The notes beneath the pieces are model-generated. The model searched no databases. It was not told the origin of the DNA and saw only the letters and a program-made list of their open reading frames with translations. Source: Vicugna vicugna (lineage: Eukaryota). From it: a stretch of 64,000 nt of DNA. Below, one piece after another: positions 14,414-27,794 of the stretch (within the stretch, counting starts at the first letter, position 1; each line of letters begins with the position of its first letter). The translations under genes were made by a program, and so were the position numbers. Location: assembly GCA_013265495.1 (NCBI GenBank), contig MU058241.1, positions 558,001 to 622,000 on the forward strand, written 5' to 3'.

Positions 14414-15186
14414 AATCATTCAAAAGTCCACAAATGACAAATGCTCGAGAGGCTGTGGAGAAAGGGGAACCCTCCTACACTGCTGGTGGGAATGCAGTCT
14501 GGTGCAGCCACTGTGGAAAACAGTATGGAGATTCCTCAAAAGACTAGGAATAGACTTATCATATGACCCAGGAATCCTACTCCTAGGTGTATATCCAGAA
14601 GGAATCCTACTTTAAAAAGACACCGGCACCCTAATGTTCATAGCAGCACTATCTACAATAGCCAAGACATGGAAACAACCTAAATGTCCATCAACAGATG
14701 ACTGGATAAAGAAGATGTGGTATGTTTATATAATGGAATACTACTCTGCCATAAAAAAGAATAAAATAACGCCATCTGCAACAACATGGATGGACCCGGA
14801 GACTGTCATTCTAAGTGAGGTAAGGCAGAAAGAGAAAGAAGAATACCATATGAGATTGCTCATATATGGAATCTAAAAAAAAAAAAGTAAATACAAAAGA
14901 GAAACAGACTCATAGACAGAATACAAACATGGCTGTCAAGGGGGTGGGGGGTGGGAAGGGACAGACTGAGAGTTCAAAATGTAGGATAGATAAACAAGAT
15001 TATACTGTATAGCACAGGGAAATATATACAAGATCTTGTGGTAGCTCACAGCAAAAAAAATTGTGACAATGAATGTGTGTATGTTCATGTATAACTGAAA
15101 AATTGTGCTCTTCACTGGAATTTGACACAACATTGTAAAATGACTATAACTCAGTTTAAAAAGTAAAAAAAAAAATCCCAAAACAC
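14414..15186 (+). mobile_element. 5'-truncated, relatively young L1 (ORF2 C-terminus, 3' UTR, polyA)
   Basis: ORF 14634-14876 MFIAALSTIAKTWKQPKCPSTDDWIKKMWY is the L1 ORF2 C-terminus; A tail near 15157-15176; imperfect TSD aaaagcctttggcctctg / aaacctttgggctctg. Confidence 0.92.
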
Positions 15187-15204
15187 AAACCTTTGGGCTC
15201 TGGG

Positions 15205-15400
15205 CCTTCTTTCAGACCACTTAGTGCTCTTTGCCTCAGTTGTCTCACCTGTAAAGTGGTGGCCATGGTAACACCGCTTCGTTGGATTGTGCTGTGATGC
15301 CACACAGTTGACTTGGAGCAGAACCTCACGTGTACTTAGCTCTATGGAAGCATTGGCTGTGGTTCTTGAGACAAGTAAGGCACAGAGTGAGTGCCTGGTA
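15205..15400 (+). mobile_element. MIR
   Basis: ctctttgcctcagttgtctcacctgtaaagtgg MIR core motif. Confidence 0.6.
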
Positions 15401-15484
15401 CTGAAGATCTTGGGACTCAAAGATGAGTAGTGGGAACCCCTTGATCCTGCAAAGGCTGGTCTGAAAGTCATAAAAGGTGATTTA

Positions 15485-16500
15485 AACAACCTGATTTAAA
15501 AATGGGCCAAGACCTCAACAGACATCTCACCAAAGAAAATATACAAGTGGCAAACAAGCATATGGAAAGCCGCTCCACATCATATGTCATCAGGGAGATG
15601 CAGATTAAAACAACAGTGAGATTCCACTACACACCCATGAGAATGGCCAAAACCCAGAACACTGACAGTACCAGATGGCTGGCAAGGATGTGAAGCAACA
15701 GGAGCTCTTTTCTGTTGCTACTGGGAATGCAAAATGGAACAGTCACTTGGAAGTTCCTTGCAAAACAAAGCATGCCCTTGATCTGGCAGTTGTGCTCCTT
15801 GGTATTTGTTCAAATGAGGTAAAAATTTGTCCACGCTGAAACTTGCACATGGATATTCAGAGCAGCTTTGTTCAGACTTGCCAAAACTTGAAAGCAACCA
15901 AGATGTCCTTCCTTAGGTGATGGATAAATAAACTGAGGTCCATTCAGACAGTGGAATATTATTCAGCACTACAGAAATGAGGTATCAAGCCACAAAAAGA
16001 CATGTAGGAAACTCAAATGCATATCACTAAGGGAAAGGAACCCATCTGAGAAGGCTATGTGCTGTATGATCCCAACTGTACAGCATTCTTAAAAAGCCAA
16101 AACTGTGGAGACAGTAAAGAAATCCGTGGTTGCTAGGGGTTTGGGTGGAGGCTGGAGTAGGAATGAATAGGTGGAGCACAGACTTTTTAGGATACTGGAG
16201 ATACCTTGTGTGATACTATAATTATGGGTATATGTCATTATCCCTTCGTCCAAACCCACAGAAAGTTCAACACCAAGAGTGAATCCTAATGTAAACCATG
16301 GATGCTGTCTGACAATAATGTTTCATTGTAGGCTCATTACTTGTAACACCTGTGCACTGGTGGGGATGTTGATGGTGGGGGAGGCTGTGTGTGTTGTGGA
16401 GGGCAGAGGGTGTATGGGAACCTCTGTACCTTTTAATTTTGTTGGTAACCTAAACCCCCTTCAAAAAGTAAAATCTTTTTTTTTTGTAAATAAAAAATTT
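15485..16500 (+). mobile_element. Old L1 3' end (L1MC-like)
   Basis: ORF 15502-15693 DLNRHLTKENIQVANKHM...IREMQIKTTVRFHYTP is L1 ORF2-like; followed by L1MC-type 3' UTR (caccaagagtgaatcctaatgtaaaccatgga). Confidence 0.85.
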
Positions 16501-17854
16501 TAATGCAACTTTTTAATTTAAAAAATGTACCCTTTGAAGTTTATTTGAAAGCACCTTGTTCTATATATAGAGGATGAAACGCACGTCTCACATGCTCTTG
16601 TCACATAAAGATTTTCTGTTCCCCTGTGATGCGTGGGAATAGTTTAAGTAGATTTTAAAACTGAAATTTGAAATCTTGGATACATACTGTGTAAGGAGAA
16701 AAGGCCGCTGAATTCTAGGGTATCTATTCTGTTAGGAAAACATACCTAACTTGCCGGATGCAGGGTTGCTTATAATTCTGCAGGTAACATTTTTCTTGGA
16801 ACTGATTTTTTTTTGCAAAGTGAGGTCTTTTCTTGGGGTTATTGCTCTTTCTCTTGCATCCCATTTAATTCATTATGTTTTCTCAAGTGATCGCTCATTA
16901 GAACATGCTGTCTTTTGAAGTTCATATTAAAACAACCCAGAATCATGATGAATGGGCTAGGATATCATATAAGTCAGGGCATAATGGACTATGGGGTGCT
17001 CCATTTTAGTGTGATTAATTATTCTGTGCTCGCTAATGAATAACACATAAATTAGCACAATCAAGATGCATATATCATAGGAAAACTGTGTGACCAAAAA
17101 TGGGACTTAGTAAAGTCAGACTGGGAAAACCGTGTATCTCTGGTCATTCTTTTTTCCTGCTTAGATTTCCTGCACTGCAGATGACATTCAGCTACAGTTT
17201 CTCCTGAGGCTTCCAGCGTGTACGTGTGTATCAAGGTAGACTTTGCTTTAATATTAGAAAAAGTACTTCTAGGGCTTATTCGGTGTGTTCCAGAACGTAT
17301 CACTAACATACTCTGTGGGAATGCAAGTAGAAATAGTACTTTTCATTTATGGGGCATTGTATGTTGTTTTCTAAGTAGACATTTTTTTAAATGGTCGTAG
17401 TGACAGTAACAACAGAATTCAGTTTCTCTTATCTGGTGACGTATTCTCTCCGGCTCCTCTTAATGCTTGTGAGTAATTAGCTTGATCATTTAAAAATCTT
17501 TCACCTCTGCTGGTCAGTGTGTCAGAAGCCAGGTTGTAACGTGCCTCACGGGGACTGCCTACTAGAAACCTCAGATCACGCCTGTCAAGCTTCACAACTG
17601 TCAGGCGTCTGCTTTGAGAAATAGTAGGGGAATTTTGAGTGCCTTTAGAGTCTGCCTTCCTTTTGTTTCCTCACTGTCATCCTGGACAATAAGTAACATC
17701 TTACTCCAGTTGTGTTTTAGGAAGAGACAGAGGTGAGGCCGAGGCAGAGTGGAGGCCAGCTAGGCCTGGATGGTGTTGGGTGCCGTTATCTTGGGCAGTC
17801 CCTTCCCAGGCTCAGGAGCAGACATGCACTTGACTGGGTGGGAAATTATACATG

Positions 17855-17874
17855 CACACACACACACACACACA
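17855..17874. repeat. (CA)n microsatellite
   Basis: About 10 CA units. Confidence 0.9.
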
Positions 17875-18137
17875 TCCAAAGATTGACTGACTGCTTGATC
17901 AAGAGGGTTGTCTTTCTCAATAACTGGAGTGCTACGAGTACTCGCGTGGCGAGCAGTGTGGAGGTTTGGTATGACTGTGTGGTGGCTTATTTAAGCGGCC
18001 TGTTGTCTACCTGCAGAGCCAGCTAGGTACTCAGAGCGTACGTACGTGGTAACGCGGAGGGAAGGGAGCAACACCCGGAGTGGGATTTCGTAAAGTCCTG
18101 TGCAGTGAAGAAAGATGAATTGTCCCCCCTTGGTGTC

Positions 18138-18289
18138 GAGGTTCCCCAGCTTCAGCGAGGCTCAGAGTCACTTGGAAGACTTGTTAAAACACAGCTTGCC
18201 GTGCCCTGCAGGTCTGGGGTAAGACCCGGGATTTGTGTGTCTAAGAAGCTTCCGGTGATGGTCCCTGGTCCCCACTTTGAGAACCCCTG
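18138..18289. mobile_element. MER5A-like hAT MITE
   Basis: cagagtcacttggaagacttgttaaaacacag...cactttgagaacccctg. Confidence 0.7.
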
Positions 18290-18466
18290 CTTTAGAGTTA
18301 TCTAGGGCCTGGGGCTTCTCTCCAGTGCCTTCCTCTGCTTGATGACACAGGCCACGTTTTAGCATCGAAACTTGACATTCTCCGCCTCCTGGCCCCAGCG
18401 TTGTTCTTCTGACCAACCTTCCTTTGTTCAGGGTTACGTAACATTTATTAAGATTTAGCTTGTGAA

Positions 18467-18505
18467 TCCTACCTAATAAAACTGAAAAAGGAGAGGAAGA
18501 AAAAG
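18467..18505 (+). mobile_element. 39-nt retroposed 3' tip with AATAAA and A-rich tail
   Basis: Flanked by perfect 17-bp direct repeat aagatttagcttgtgaa (18450-18466, 18506-18522). Confidence 0.7.
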
Positions 18506-19280
18506 AAGATTTAGCTTGTGAAGTAGGCTTCCTCAGCAGGCATGTCATTGAGGACACAGTCGGTTTCAGTATGGCCGTTAGTCAAGGAGAGGACAGGAGT
18601 TGTGGTCGGCCGCCGTCTCTTTGAAAGATGGGTTTGGGCTCCAGCTTGTTGATGGGGAAAGATCCCATCACTGCTCCCTCTGACCCTAGGAGTTCAGGAA
18701 GTCTGGGTTCAGGAGGAAGACTCCATAATGGCCACTTCAGAGAGCAGCGGTCATTAGCAGTCAAGGTCCAGTTACGGAATGGTGGAGAGTGTAAAGTTGA
18801 GGGTCTGGACACAGGGCAGAAAGAGCACCGTAAGAATAGATTGGTTCCCCCGGTGGTGGGGAAGGGCGGGGGGCACCGATTCTGGACCTGGCCACGTCAT
18901 CTCATTGTGCCTGTGTGCTGGTTATTTAAGCAGCCTGTTCCCACCGAAAGCTGAACTACTTGGTCTTACCAAGTCTACATTATGGTTAACACTTGTCTCC
19001 TTATGATGGAAACATATGCTGAAGATATAAGCACTTTATGTAAAACACAGGGGACTAGTCATCACTGGCAAGATGGAGAGACAGATGGGTGGTGAGCCCC
19101 GATGCTCTGACATATGCTGGGAGGTGACACGGAAGCCACAGTTAAGGAACAAACACTGATAGTGATTTTTTAAAGCAAATGGGAAAAAAAGCATGAATAT
19201 ACTGAGGCAGAGATTTCTCAGTTGGGCTGTAGGTTGGGGTATGGTTGAAACAACATAGCATATGATGTATTTTTAGTCAC

Positions 19281-20430
19281 TGTTACGGGATGAATTAAGT
19301 CCCCCCAAATCCGTATGTTGATTCCTAACCCCCAGAACCTCAGAAAATTGACCTTATGCAGAAATAGAGTTGTTGGGGATATAATTAGTTAAGAGGAGGT
19401 CATACTTCAATGGGGTAAGCCCCTAACTCGATACGATGGGTATGCCTGTAAAAGGGAAATTTGGACACAGACAGACATGGATGTGAGGACACAGCTGGAA
19501 GGTATGTGGAGACTGGATTTGCTGCTGTTGTCCCTGAATTGAACTTGGGTCCTCACCCCTGCCCTGCGGCAAAGCTAATCTACTGATGTTGGGTTGGGAT
19601 GAAGGACGGTACTGCGTTTAGTTTACGCACCTTCCCTCCCAATCCGTCCGTCACGTTGGCACCAGCCAAGGGGAACTGGCACCTCCTGCTAAAGAGACCC
19701 GGACTTCTGATGGCTTCCAGGGAAGGGTTTGTAAAGGCATCATGTTGGGTGAGGGTTGCAGGGCACATGACTTTCTCCTGATTGATGGTGGAGAGGCAGC
19801 AGGGTGGTGTTTCTGCAATCTTAACCACCAACAAGTGTCAGATGGTTAGATACATCCCTTGAGGAGGAACTAGGACTCTGCTTTACCACTGAACTGTTGT
19901 TTAAGCTTCAGTACTGTTCTTCCTTGTCTGCTTTTCCTTTGTTCCTGCCTTCCCTCACTTCTCTAATTAGTTAACGCCTGTGTCTGCTCTTTAGAACTCA
20001 GAGAAGACCTGGGAGACTAAAACCTTTTTGTACAAACAAGAAATGGGGTACACGGAGGGGCTTTTGTACCCAGGAGGGCCCCACAGGGTCCTGCTTGGTT
20101 TCCGTCCCCCCTTTTCTTTGATACCCCTCAATTTTGATAGGCACAGGGGCGGGACAGGAAAGGGAATACAATTTTGGGTGGAGAGGTTAATCTTAAACTT
20201 GGCAGAGGAACTTGACTTTAGGGTGACTCAGTTTTACCATAAGCCAAAGAACTTCTGGAAGGTAAGAGAAAGGCATGGACCACATTCCCCCCAGAGCCTT
20301 CAGAGAGAGCGTGGCCCTGCTGAAACTTTGACCTCAGATCTCTAGCCTCCAGGACTGTGGACCAGTAGTTTCTGTTGATTAAGCCGCCTAGTTTGTGGTA
20401 CCGTATTACAGTGGTACTGGGAAACCTATT
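19281..20430 (+). mobile_element. MLT1-type MaLR LTR interrupted by another LTR
   Basis: 5' part 19281-19525 (tgttacgggatgaat...cccccagaacctcaga) and 3' part 20237-20430 (cagagccttcagagagagcgtggccctgctga...ctagcctccaggactgtg...taagccgcctagtttgtggta). Confidence 0.8.
19526..20236 (-). mobile_element. ERV-class LTR nested in the MLT1 element
   Basis: Splits the MLT1; shares blocks with 40567-41200 (aacttgggtcc, gggttgcaggg, ggccccacagggtcctgc). Confidence 0.65.
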
Positions 20431-20474
20431 GTCATTGTATTTCATTTTGAATTTTAAATAATGTTAAGGAGAGT

Positions 20475-21405
20475 GTGGTACTGTGATTTATAAGAAATAT
20501 ATATTTGGTCACCTGAATGACCAAATATATATTTCTCATATGTATATTCTCTTTGTCCACAGTTCCTGGCTCACAGCTCTTGAAATGCTTGCAATTCCCT
20601 GTGATAGGAGTGATAAAGGTGTCTTTTGTGATATTAATGAGGTGACTTTTGGAGAGCCCCTGGATAACCTATGGATGGGGGCTGGCTGCTAGTCGAACCA
20701 ACCACGTGATTAAAGGGTTAGAACTTTCAACCTCATGGCAGATGCCCCTGGGAGGGGAGGGAGGGGAGCCACAGGTTGGATCCGTCGCCAGCAACCCGTG
20801 ATTAATTACGCCTGTGTACTGAGGTCTCTATAAAAACCCCGAGGTCGGGGTCTGGAGAGCTTCTGGCTGGGTGGCTCTGTGGACTGCTGTGCTTGGAGGG
20901 AGCTCGGGAGCTGCCTGCCCTTTCCCCACGCACTGCCCTCTGCGTCTCTTCCATTTGGCTGTTCCTGAGTCACATCCTTTTATAGTAAATCAGGGATCCA
21001 GCAAGAAACATGTTTCTCTGAATTCTGTGAGTTGCTTTAACAAATTAATTGAACCCGAGGGAGGGTCATGGGAATCTCTGACCTGTAGCCAGTCAGTCAG
21101 AAGTACAAGTCACAACTGGGATTTGCAAGTGGTCTTTAAAGTCCAAGGATGGGATCGTTGGAACCTCCAGTCTGTAGTTTGTTGGTCAGAAGCCCAGGTG
21201 GTAACCTGGGATTGCCATTGGCATCTGAAGGCCAGGGGAGGCTCGTGTGACTGAGCCCTTAACCTGTGGGATTTGGTGCTACCTCGGGGTAGACGGTGTC
21301 AGAATTGAGTCACCCTGTTAGTGTGCAAGAATGACTTGATGGTGTGGGGAAGCCATCCCCGCCTCCACCAACACACATGTTGGAATTGGGTCCAGGAACC
21401 CCAAA
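20475..21405 (+). mobile_element. MER21-like ERV LTR
   Basis: aagaaatatatatttggtc start, accaaccacgtgattaaagggttagaactttca, TATA-like ctataaaaaccc, ctcttccatttggctgttcctgagt, agtaaa polyA-signal region. Confidence 0.75.
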
Positions 21406-24400
21406 GAAATAGTATTTGGTGTTACTGGATTTTCATGTTACCCAAACGGGGGTTATGGGTAATGGATTTCAGTTAGTACAGCCCTGCAGCAAAGCACTGT
21501 GGCAATCCTGTGCTTTCCATAGACAGGGTGCCTTTAGAAATACTCAAAAGAATAAGTTATTTCTAAGACTGATCTTATTCCCAAGCAACTGAAGATCATT
21601 TTCTTTACCATTAAATCAGAACTTAATGAGGGCTCTTAGAATTCCGCGGTCTCCACGGTTAATCACTCACTCGAGCCACGCAGGACTCCTGAGCTCTCCG
21701 CGAACTTCTTCTAAATTATTAAGTCCCTCTTTGTGTGCAGAGCACTGTTGTTAATGGGTTTTGCGTCTTGCCAGCTAGACAGCAGCCTTGACTTCAGATG
21801 ATAACAGGGGTCTTCGTAACCATCTCTGTGACGATCTTGTAAAAATACTCTTCTTTGCATGTTGGAAAAGAAGAAATTAATTTTTCTAAGAGCCCACCAT
21901 TTATGATGGAGAAATAGCCTGGGATTGTGAAGTAGGATCTTTTGATTCCATGTTAGGTGTGCTATCTATTAAAATGTTTTAATTTGAACCAGCAACTTGT
22001 TGCATAATTTCTAGGCTTCCTGTGCTCCATTGTCTGCATCTATAAAGACAGCATGTGGACTTGAATCTCCATTAACTGTCGCAGTTCTAATGATCTAGGA
22101 TTTTCCTCAGCATCCGCTGTTGCCAGGATTGCTCATGGCTGTCACGTGTTGTTCAGATCCATGGTAATGAATGACTGACGTGGTCAGAAAGTCCTAGGCG
22201 GGGTGGTTCTGAGGTCTGGTGCTCTCCCTGGGTGCTGACATCTTCCCTCCCGACCCGTCCGTCACTTTCCTTTCTCAGACGGTAGGGAGTGTTTTTCAGA
22301 AAGTTCCCCCTTTCATGTTCACTTCCAAGATGTGGGTTATCTGCGTCATTATCTTGGTCCCTCCTTGAGTATCACAAGGTCGAAGAACACCTATGTGCTC
22401 TTCCCTCTCAGTACTCAGACAGGGTGCGTCCTGTCTCGTGTCTTTCTCATCTGGCTTTGACCTTTTTCGCAGGCATTGTGAATGTTTTGGAGACAGTCAT
22501 TAGAGGCTTTGGTTAATTACAGAATCAAATCTTAGCTGGCAGAAAGTCTGAAAGTTAGTAACTGCTCACTCCTTTGCTCTTTGATGGATTTGAGACGTTT
22601 GGGTAGGAATTCGAGGATGGAAAAGTTGACGAGACAGGGCGACATGTTACTGGGGCACTGTAACTTCTTTCCTTTGGAAAGTTCCTTGTATTCTAAGACA
22701 GTGACATGTCATTAAGCAGTTACGTTTGTCTTGTTCTCAGCAAGAGAATGGATTATATGACCCTCAAAGGTCTTCTCTGATGCATGATTATATGGTAGCA
22801 TCTGAGTCAGGATTCTGCAGTTTACAAACACTTGGAGTGGATATTGAATCATGTTTTGAGTCCCTTGTCCTGGTTGTATTTAGAGAACAGGCTGGGTCCT
22901 AGTTAAATAGATCTTATACTTCGGCAAAGAAGGATTGACAGAAATGTCCAGTGATGCAAATGGCTTGCAGAAAGGGCCACTGTATTAGTAATGCTGCAGG
23001 AGATCTCAGAAATCTGGAATCCTCGTGGCTCATGTGACGAATTGTGGAGAGCCAGAATTCTAAGAGCCCTCAGTAAGTCTTGATATACTACTAATAAATC
23101 CATTTTCAATCAATTATAAATAAGAGCTTTGGTACACTACCCTTCCCAGGTAGGACAAGATTGAATCCCGTTGCAGCTCAGACATCTTGTGAGGTCATTG
23201 TTTTAGTAGCTGGCTGCATCCTTTGAGGTTCTGCTAAAATTTCTTGTAATTTTCTGTTTTGTTCGTGGATGAGATATCCTGCAATAAAAAATACAACAGC
23301 TGCAAGAACAACAACAATTAAGGAAAGAAAAGCCCTGGGAAGACTCCTAAACATCGCTAGTCATTTAAGTTGCTTAAAGTGGACTGCAGAGACTTGTGCG
23401 TTTGTGGCACATGGCACCCCATCTTCCCAGAGAATCGTAGTAAAGGCTGCAATTAAGACTTGTGTAAAGTTATGTTTTTTAAAATTGCTTTTCTGCGTTG
23501 CTCTTACATTTTTCTCTGCTTTGATCATGATTTTAATTCTTCTTGGGAACTTAGGCGTGTTTTATAAAAAAAAAAAGTTTCTACTATTCCTTTCAGTTGT
23601 TCGGTACACGGCCCCACGCTAAAGTTGCTTTCAAAAGCGCAGATGAAAATAGCCGCCAATAACAAGTTGAAACATATCGGAACAATAATGTATTCTTTGG
23701 TGATTATGCTCAAAAGACAACGATTCTCTTAGTTTTAGGAAAAATGGATCAACCTGAAGTGAAATTGTAGTGCATCCTGAACTTGATTGAAAAAGGGCTT
23801 GTTGGAACTTGAAACGAGGAGCTGTGTGCTTGGGCTGAAATACCGACCTGCTCGCCAACTGTTTCATGTTTGTCCACCGTCCCTTCCGCCCGGGAAGGGC
23901 ACACTTTCATGTGGCTCTCCCACCCTGCACCATGTGCTTAATTTATTCAACACCCTTATCTGTTTTGAGAAGTCTGCCTCCTATCTACCACTTGCCATTA
24001 TTGAAACTTAGCTTTTTCCAAAAGCCTTTCAGTAGAGAAAGCTCATTCCTGGTCCACTCTGGGGTGGGTGGGGGGCAGTGAAGGACATAGCATGGGGGAG
24101 TGAAGGACATAGCGTGGGGCAGGAGGAGGAGTGGGGCTGCCCTGCGGTGGCCACTATGGCCACAGCGGACCCCACTGCACACTAGGGAGCTGGGTTGTCT
24201 TGAAAGTTACCCTGAATGGGACAGGGGGTTGAACCTTTGTACCCCAGCATCAGCCAGTCATTGGATATAGTCTTCTTGCTAAAGAAACGTGGCCTTGGGT
24301 TAGCTCTCTGCAACCAAGTACAACTTCTAGGGGCAGGGGGCAGGAAGAGGGAGTTTGGGTGTGAACTGTCAGCTCTCACACTCTCAGTAGCCGGGACAGT

Positions 24401-27169
24401 GTGCATTTCAGTGATGGGGATCGGGCGGTACACGGCAGTATTCACTACAATTACCCTTTTATTTTGTATAACAAAGTTCTCTGACTTCGGGGTTGATCCA
24501 TTTCCAACCATTGGCACACCTTGGACCTGTCAGCCACCAGAACTCCAGTCTCTGACACTTTTTAAATGCCACTTTTCCACACTGAGCACAAATACCTACC
24601 GTTTGTGTGCTTTATTTACTTTCTGCAGCTGCTCTGTGTCGTTCACCACAAGAGCTTCATTCCGTAACCCCTCGAAGTTCAGGCAGTCTGTTGCCCAGTG
24701 CTGAGCATGTGTGCCGCACTGTAAGAAACATTTGGGGCACCTCCTAGTCTACAGATTCCAGGGTTAGGTCTAGATCTCCTTGAGTCGGTCCCTGAAAACG
24801 TCCACGTCTAACAGATTTCCCAGCTGGCTGTTGAACCAGGAGGTTAGGAAGTCCTGTTACATTGGCCCTTCTTTTAATTTCCTGCCAAGTCCTGTCTAGA
24901 GCCCAGGATGCATCATTTTAATCTTTTTTCCCCCAAAAGTTTCAATTTCTTGCCTTTTTATAGCTAGACAGTAGCCAAATTCTGACTAAATCCATCAACC
25001 TCTAATAGCTGCCTGGATGTCACGTCAGTGCTGGGAGGACTGATGGATAGTTCAGACATTCACCCGAGGCTGAGAATGACAGGTTTGTCATCACACCATT
25101 CCACAGGGGTGTGAGGTTTTCTCTGGTGGTACCCAGCGCTGACCTGACATCCAGGCAGCTGTTAGAACCTGATGGTGGTAGCGTACACAACCATGACCAC
25201 GTTCACAGGCGTGAAGTGTTGACCTCTGTCACGACCGCTACTTGGCCAACAGTGGCTGTGGAGCATTCATCACAGTTGGGGTAAGACCCTGTGACTTCCA
25301 AGACAATCAAATGCTATGTCTCCACGTGGTGTGGTACCTCAGGACTTTAAGATTGTTGAGAGGCCATGTTCTAGATCCAGACAAGTGGATCCTGGTCATT
25401 AATCTTGTCTCCAGAACTCATCTCCCCTCTTATGTCCACCAGCCTTGCTTCCTGTGCTTTGTCTGTAATTACTGTGGTTTGCAGGTGTCGCTGGGATACC
25501 CAGGCTTGAGTTGGGGACCCTATATCCAAGGTTGGACAGTATGGGTGGTTGCCATGGAGACTGAGCTGATGCTGCATAATGGAGCACAGCATCCTTGTGT
25601 CAGAAAGTGCCACCTCTGCATTTGGACACCCACCCAAGGGACCACTGAGCTGCAGCCCCCAGCAGCTGACCAGAGTCCTCATGCCAATGGCTTTTGTGTG
25701 GTTCAGTTATAATAATCGTAGTGCAGAAGATTTGCCTTTGCCTCTGATGACGAAAACAAAATGTGCCTTTTCATGCTCAATTTTTAAGGCCTTTTAACAT
25801 CTCATGTTTATGGGCAGGGACCTGATATGCCATTTACCCCATACTTTCGGGACCCTTTCTGTCTCTGTTCCTTATTCCATCCACTTCCTCCCCTGTGGCT
25901 GCTCCTCCTTTCCTCTTCCCAGTCTTGTCTTGGCTACTATCCCTTAGACGCAAACAAAATGGTTGGAAACAGAAACAGGTGTGGCCAACTCCCGTCACCC
26001 ACCTGGAGACAGTCCTTCCAGCCCTCTGAAGCAGCCGGTCATTCCTACACAGTGAACCCTGTACCTGTGCCCTACTGGCCTGGGCACTTTATTCCGTAAG
26101 CCTTTGCTCACCTTCCAGACAAGTATGCGTTGTGATTTGTGAGAGGTTCCGGGAATTGGGAGAATCCACACGATTCACAAGCAAAGTGAAAACTTGAGAG
26201 TGATGTCTGAGCATGCCTGTCTTTATAATCTGTCTTCACCAACACTTTTTCCTGTCCCTGCCATGAAGGAGGAGCTAGGGAGAGAGTGGCATTTATACAG
26301 ATGTTTCTTTCTTTTCCGTGTTTCCCGGAAACAACGCTGTGGTTGCTTAACTGACATATGTCCTCTATTGCTCATGCTTCCTTTATTCTGTAATACATGT
26401 CATTTACTAATTTTTAGTTATTGCATTTAATGCTCCCTCTAAACCTACCTATGTTTGAATGTATTTCTGCACAAGTCACTTACTCAGTCTTGACGTCTTC
26501 CAGGGCCTTATGTGATTTTGTGGAGAGTGCACAATTTACCAGAATTTTCTCCCGAAAATACAGATTTTAACACCAGATCTGGTTTAGTGAAAACATCCAA
26601 AGTCATAGCTGTGACGAGAATGAATTCAGGATGAGCACATCCTCTTGGAGGAGATTACAGTTGGGAGACTGTAGCTTGAAATGTGCTTGGAGAAGCCAGG
26701 ACCTGTGCTTCTCTCAGGGGCCCTGTCATTCTGTTGGGACAGTAAGTAGCAAGACTTCTGTCCTGATATAGGGCTGTCCCACGTACAGAATTCATAAACA
26801 TATTCCTTCTTGAAACTCATAGTAAAGTGTTAATAAAACGTTACGTTTTCCCACATGGCATAGTCTAGCTTGCTGTTCTATAAGTTTTCTTTCAGTGACT
26901 TTATCTACATCTATAAAAAGATAATTAGCATGATTCTTTCTTAAATAATTTGTACTCAATTCTGAAGACATGTTTTTGTTCAGTTTTTAATATTCTCACG
27001 TGGAATCTCTCAGACGTTTACTCTGTAGGAAACCCAGTGATGAAGCTGTTTCCTACGAGCTCTGCCTAGCGAAGATGAAACGTTTGTTCAGCTCTGTCTG
27101 TTTCATTCTTTTCAGCTCCTCATGGTCTCACGATCAAAATTTAAATTCTTTTGTATGACTCCCTATTCA

Positions 27170-27500
27170 ATTCACTTATTTATTCAGTCATATTTATTAC
27201 GGTCACAGTGCTGAGTGGGAGATACAGACAGATTCTATCTTCAAGGAGGTGACAGGGAATAGGGACAGGGTGATAATTATTAAATAAAAACACAAATACA
27301 TGTAGATCTGGCGACTGTGCGAGAATGCTTTGGAAGATAAATGCAGGGAGCCACATGAGCGCGCACAGCAGGGGAGCTGTTATCAGCAGGCTTCCTGGAA
27401 GAAGTGGCATTTGCAGTGACCTGAAAAATGCAGGGGAGGTGACTTGCAGAGGGCACCAGTTGTGGGTGGAAGGACAGCACTTATAAAGGTTCTCATTCCC
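27170..27500. mobile_element. L2 fragment
   Basis: attcaattcacttatttattcagtcatatttatt L2 terminus; ggcttcctggaagaagtggcatttgcag. Confidence 0.6.
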
Positions 27501-27794
27501 GGGCAAGCTGCCAGCTGTGAAGAAGTGAAGCAGAGAATGTGACCAGAGCCTGCATTCCAGTGGCAGGGCCGGTCGGGAGGGCTGGGTGTCTGCACAGGTG
27601 GATTTGTGTGGCCACATACCATTTCCCTGTAGAATTCAGTTCGACGTGAGATATTTGTAGAGTCCAGAGGGAAGATTTAGGGGCGAGGTTAATGAAAAGG
27701 CTGTTTATTTTCTGAGGATGAACCACACATTTGAAAGAAATCTTACTCATAAACAGCAAATATAAACATAGAGCTTTTCCACCCCCCTTTTACA

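Noticed and set aside
24077..24120. 22-bp tandem duplication (similar short duplications near 8607-8641 and 37771-37813)
   Set aside because: Real but ordinary two-copy slippage products with no sign of function
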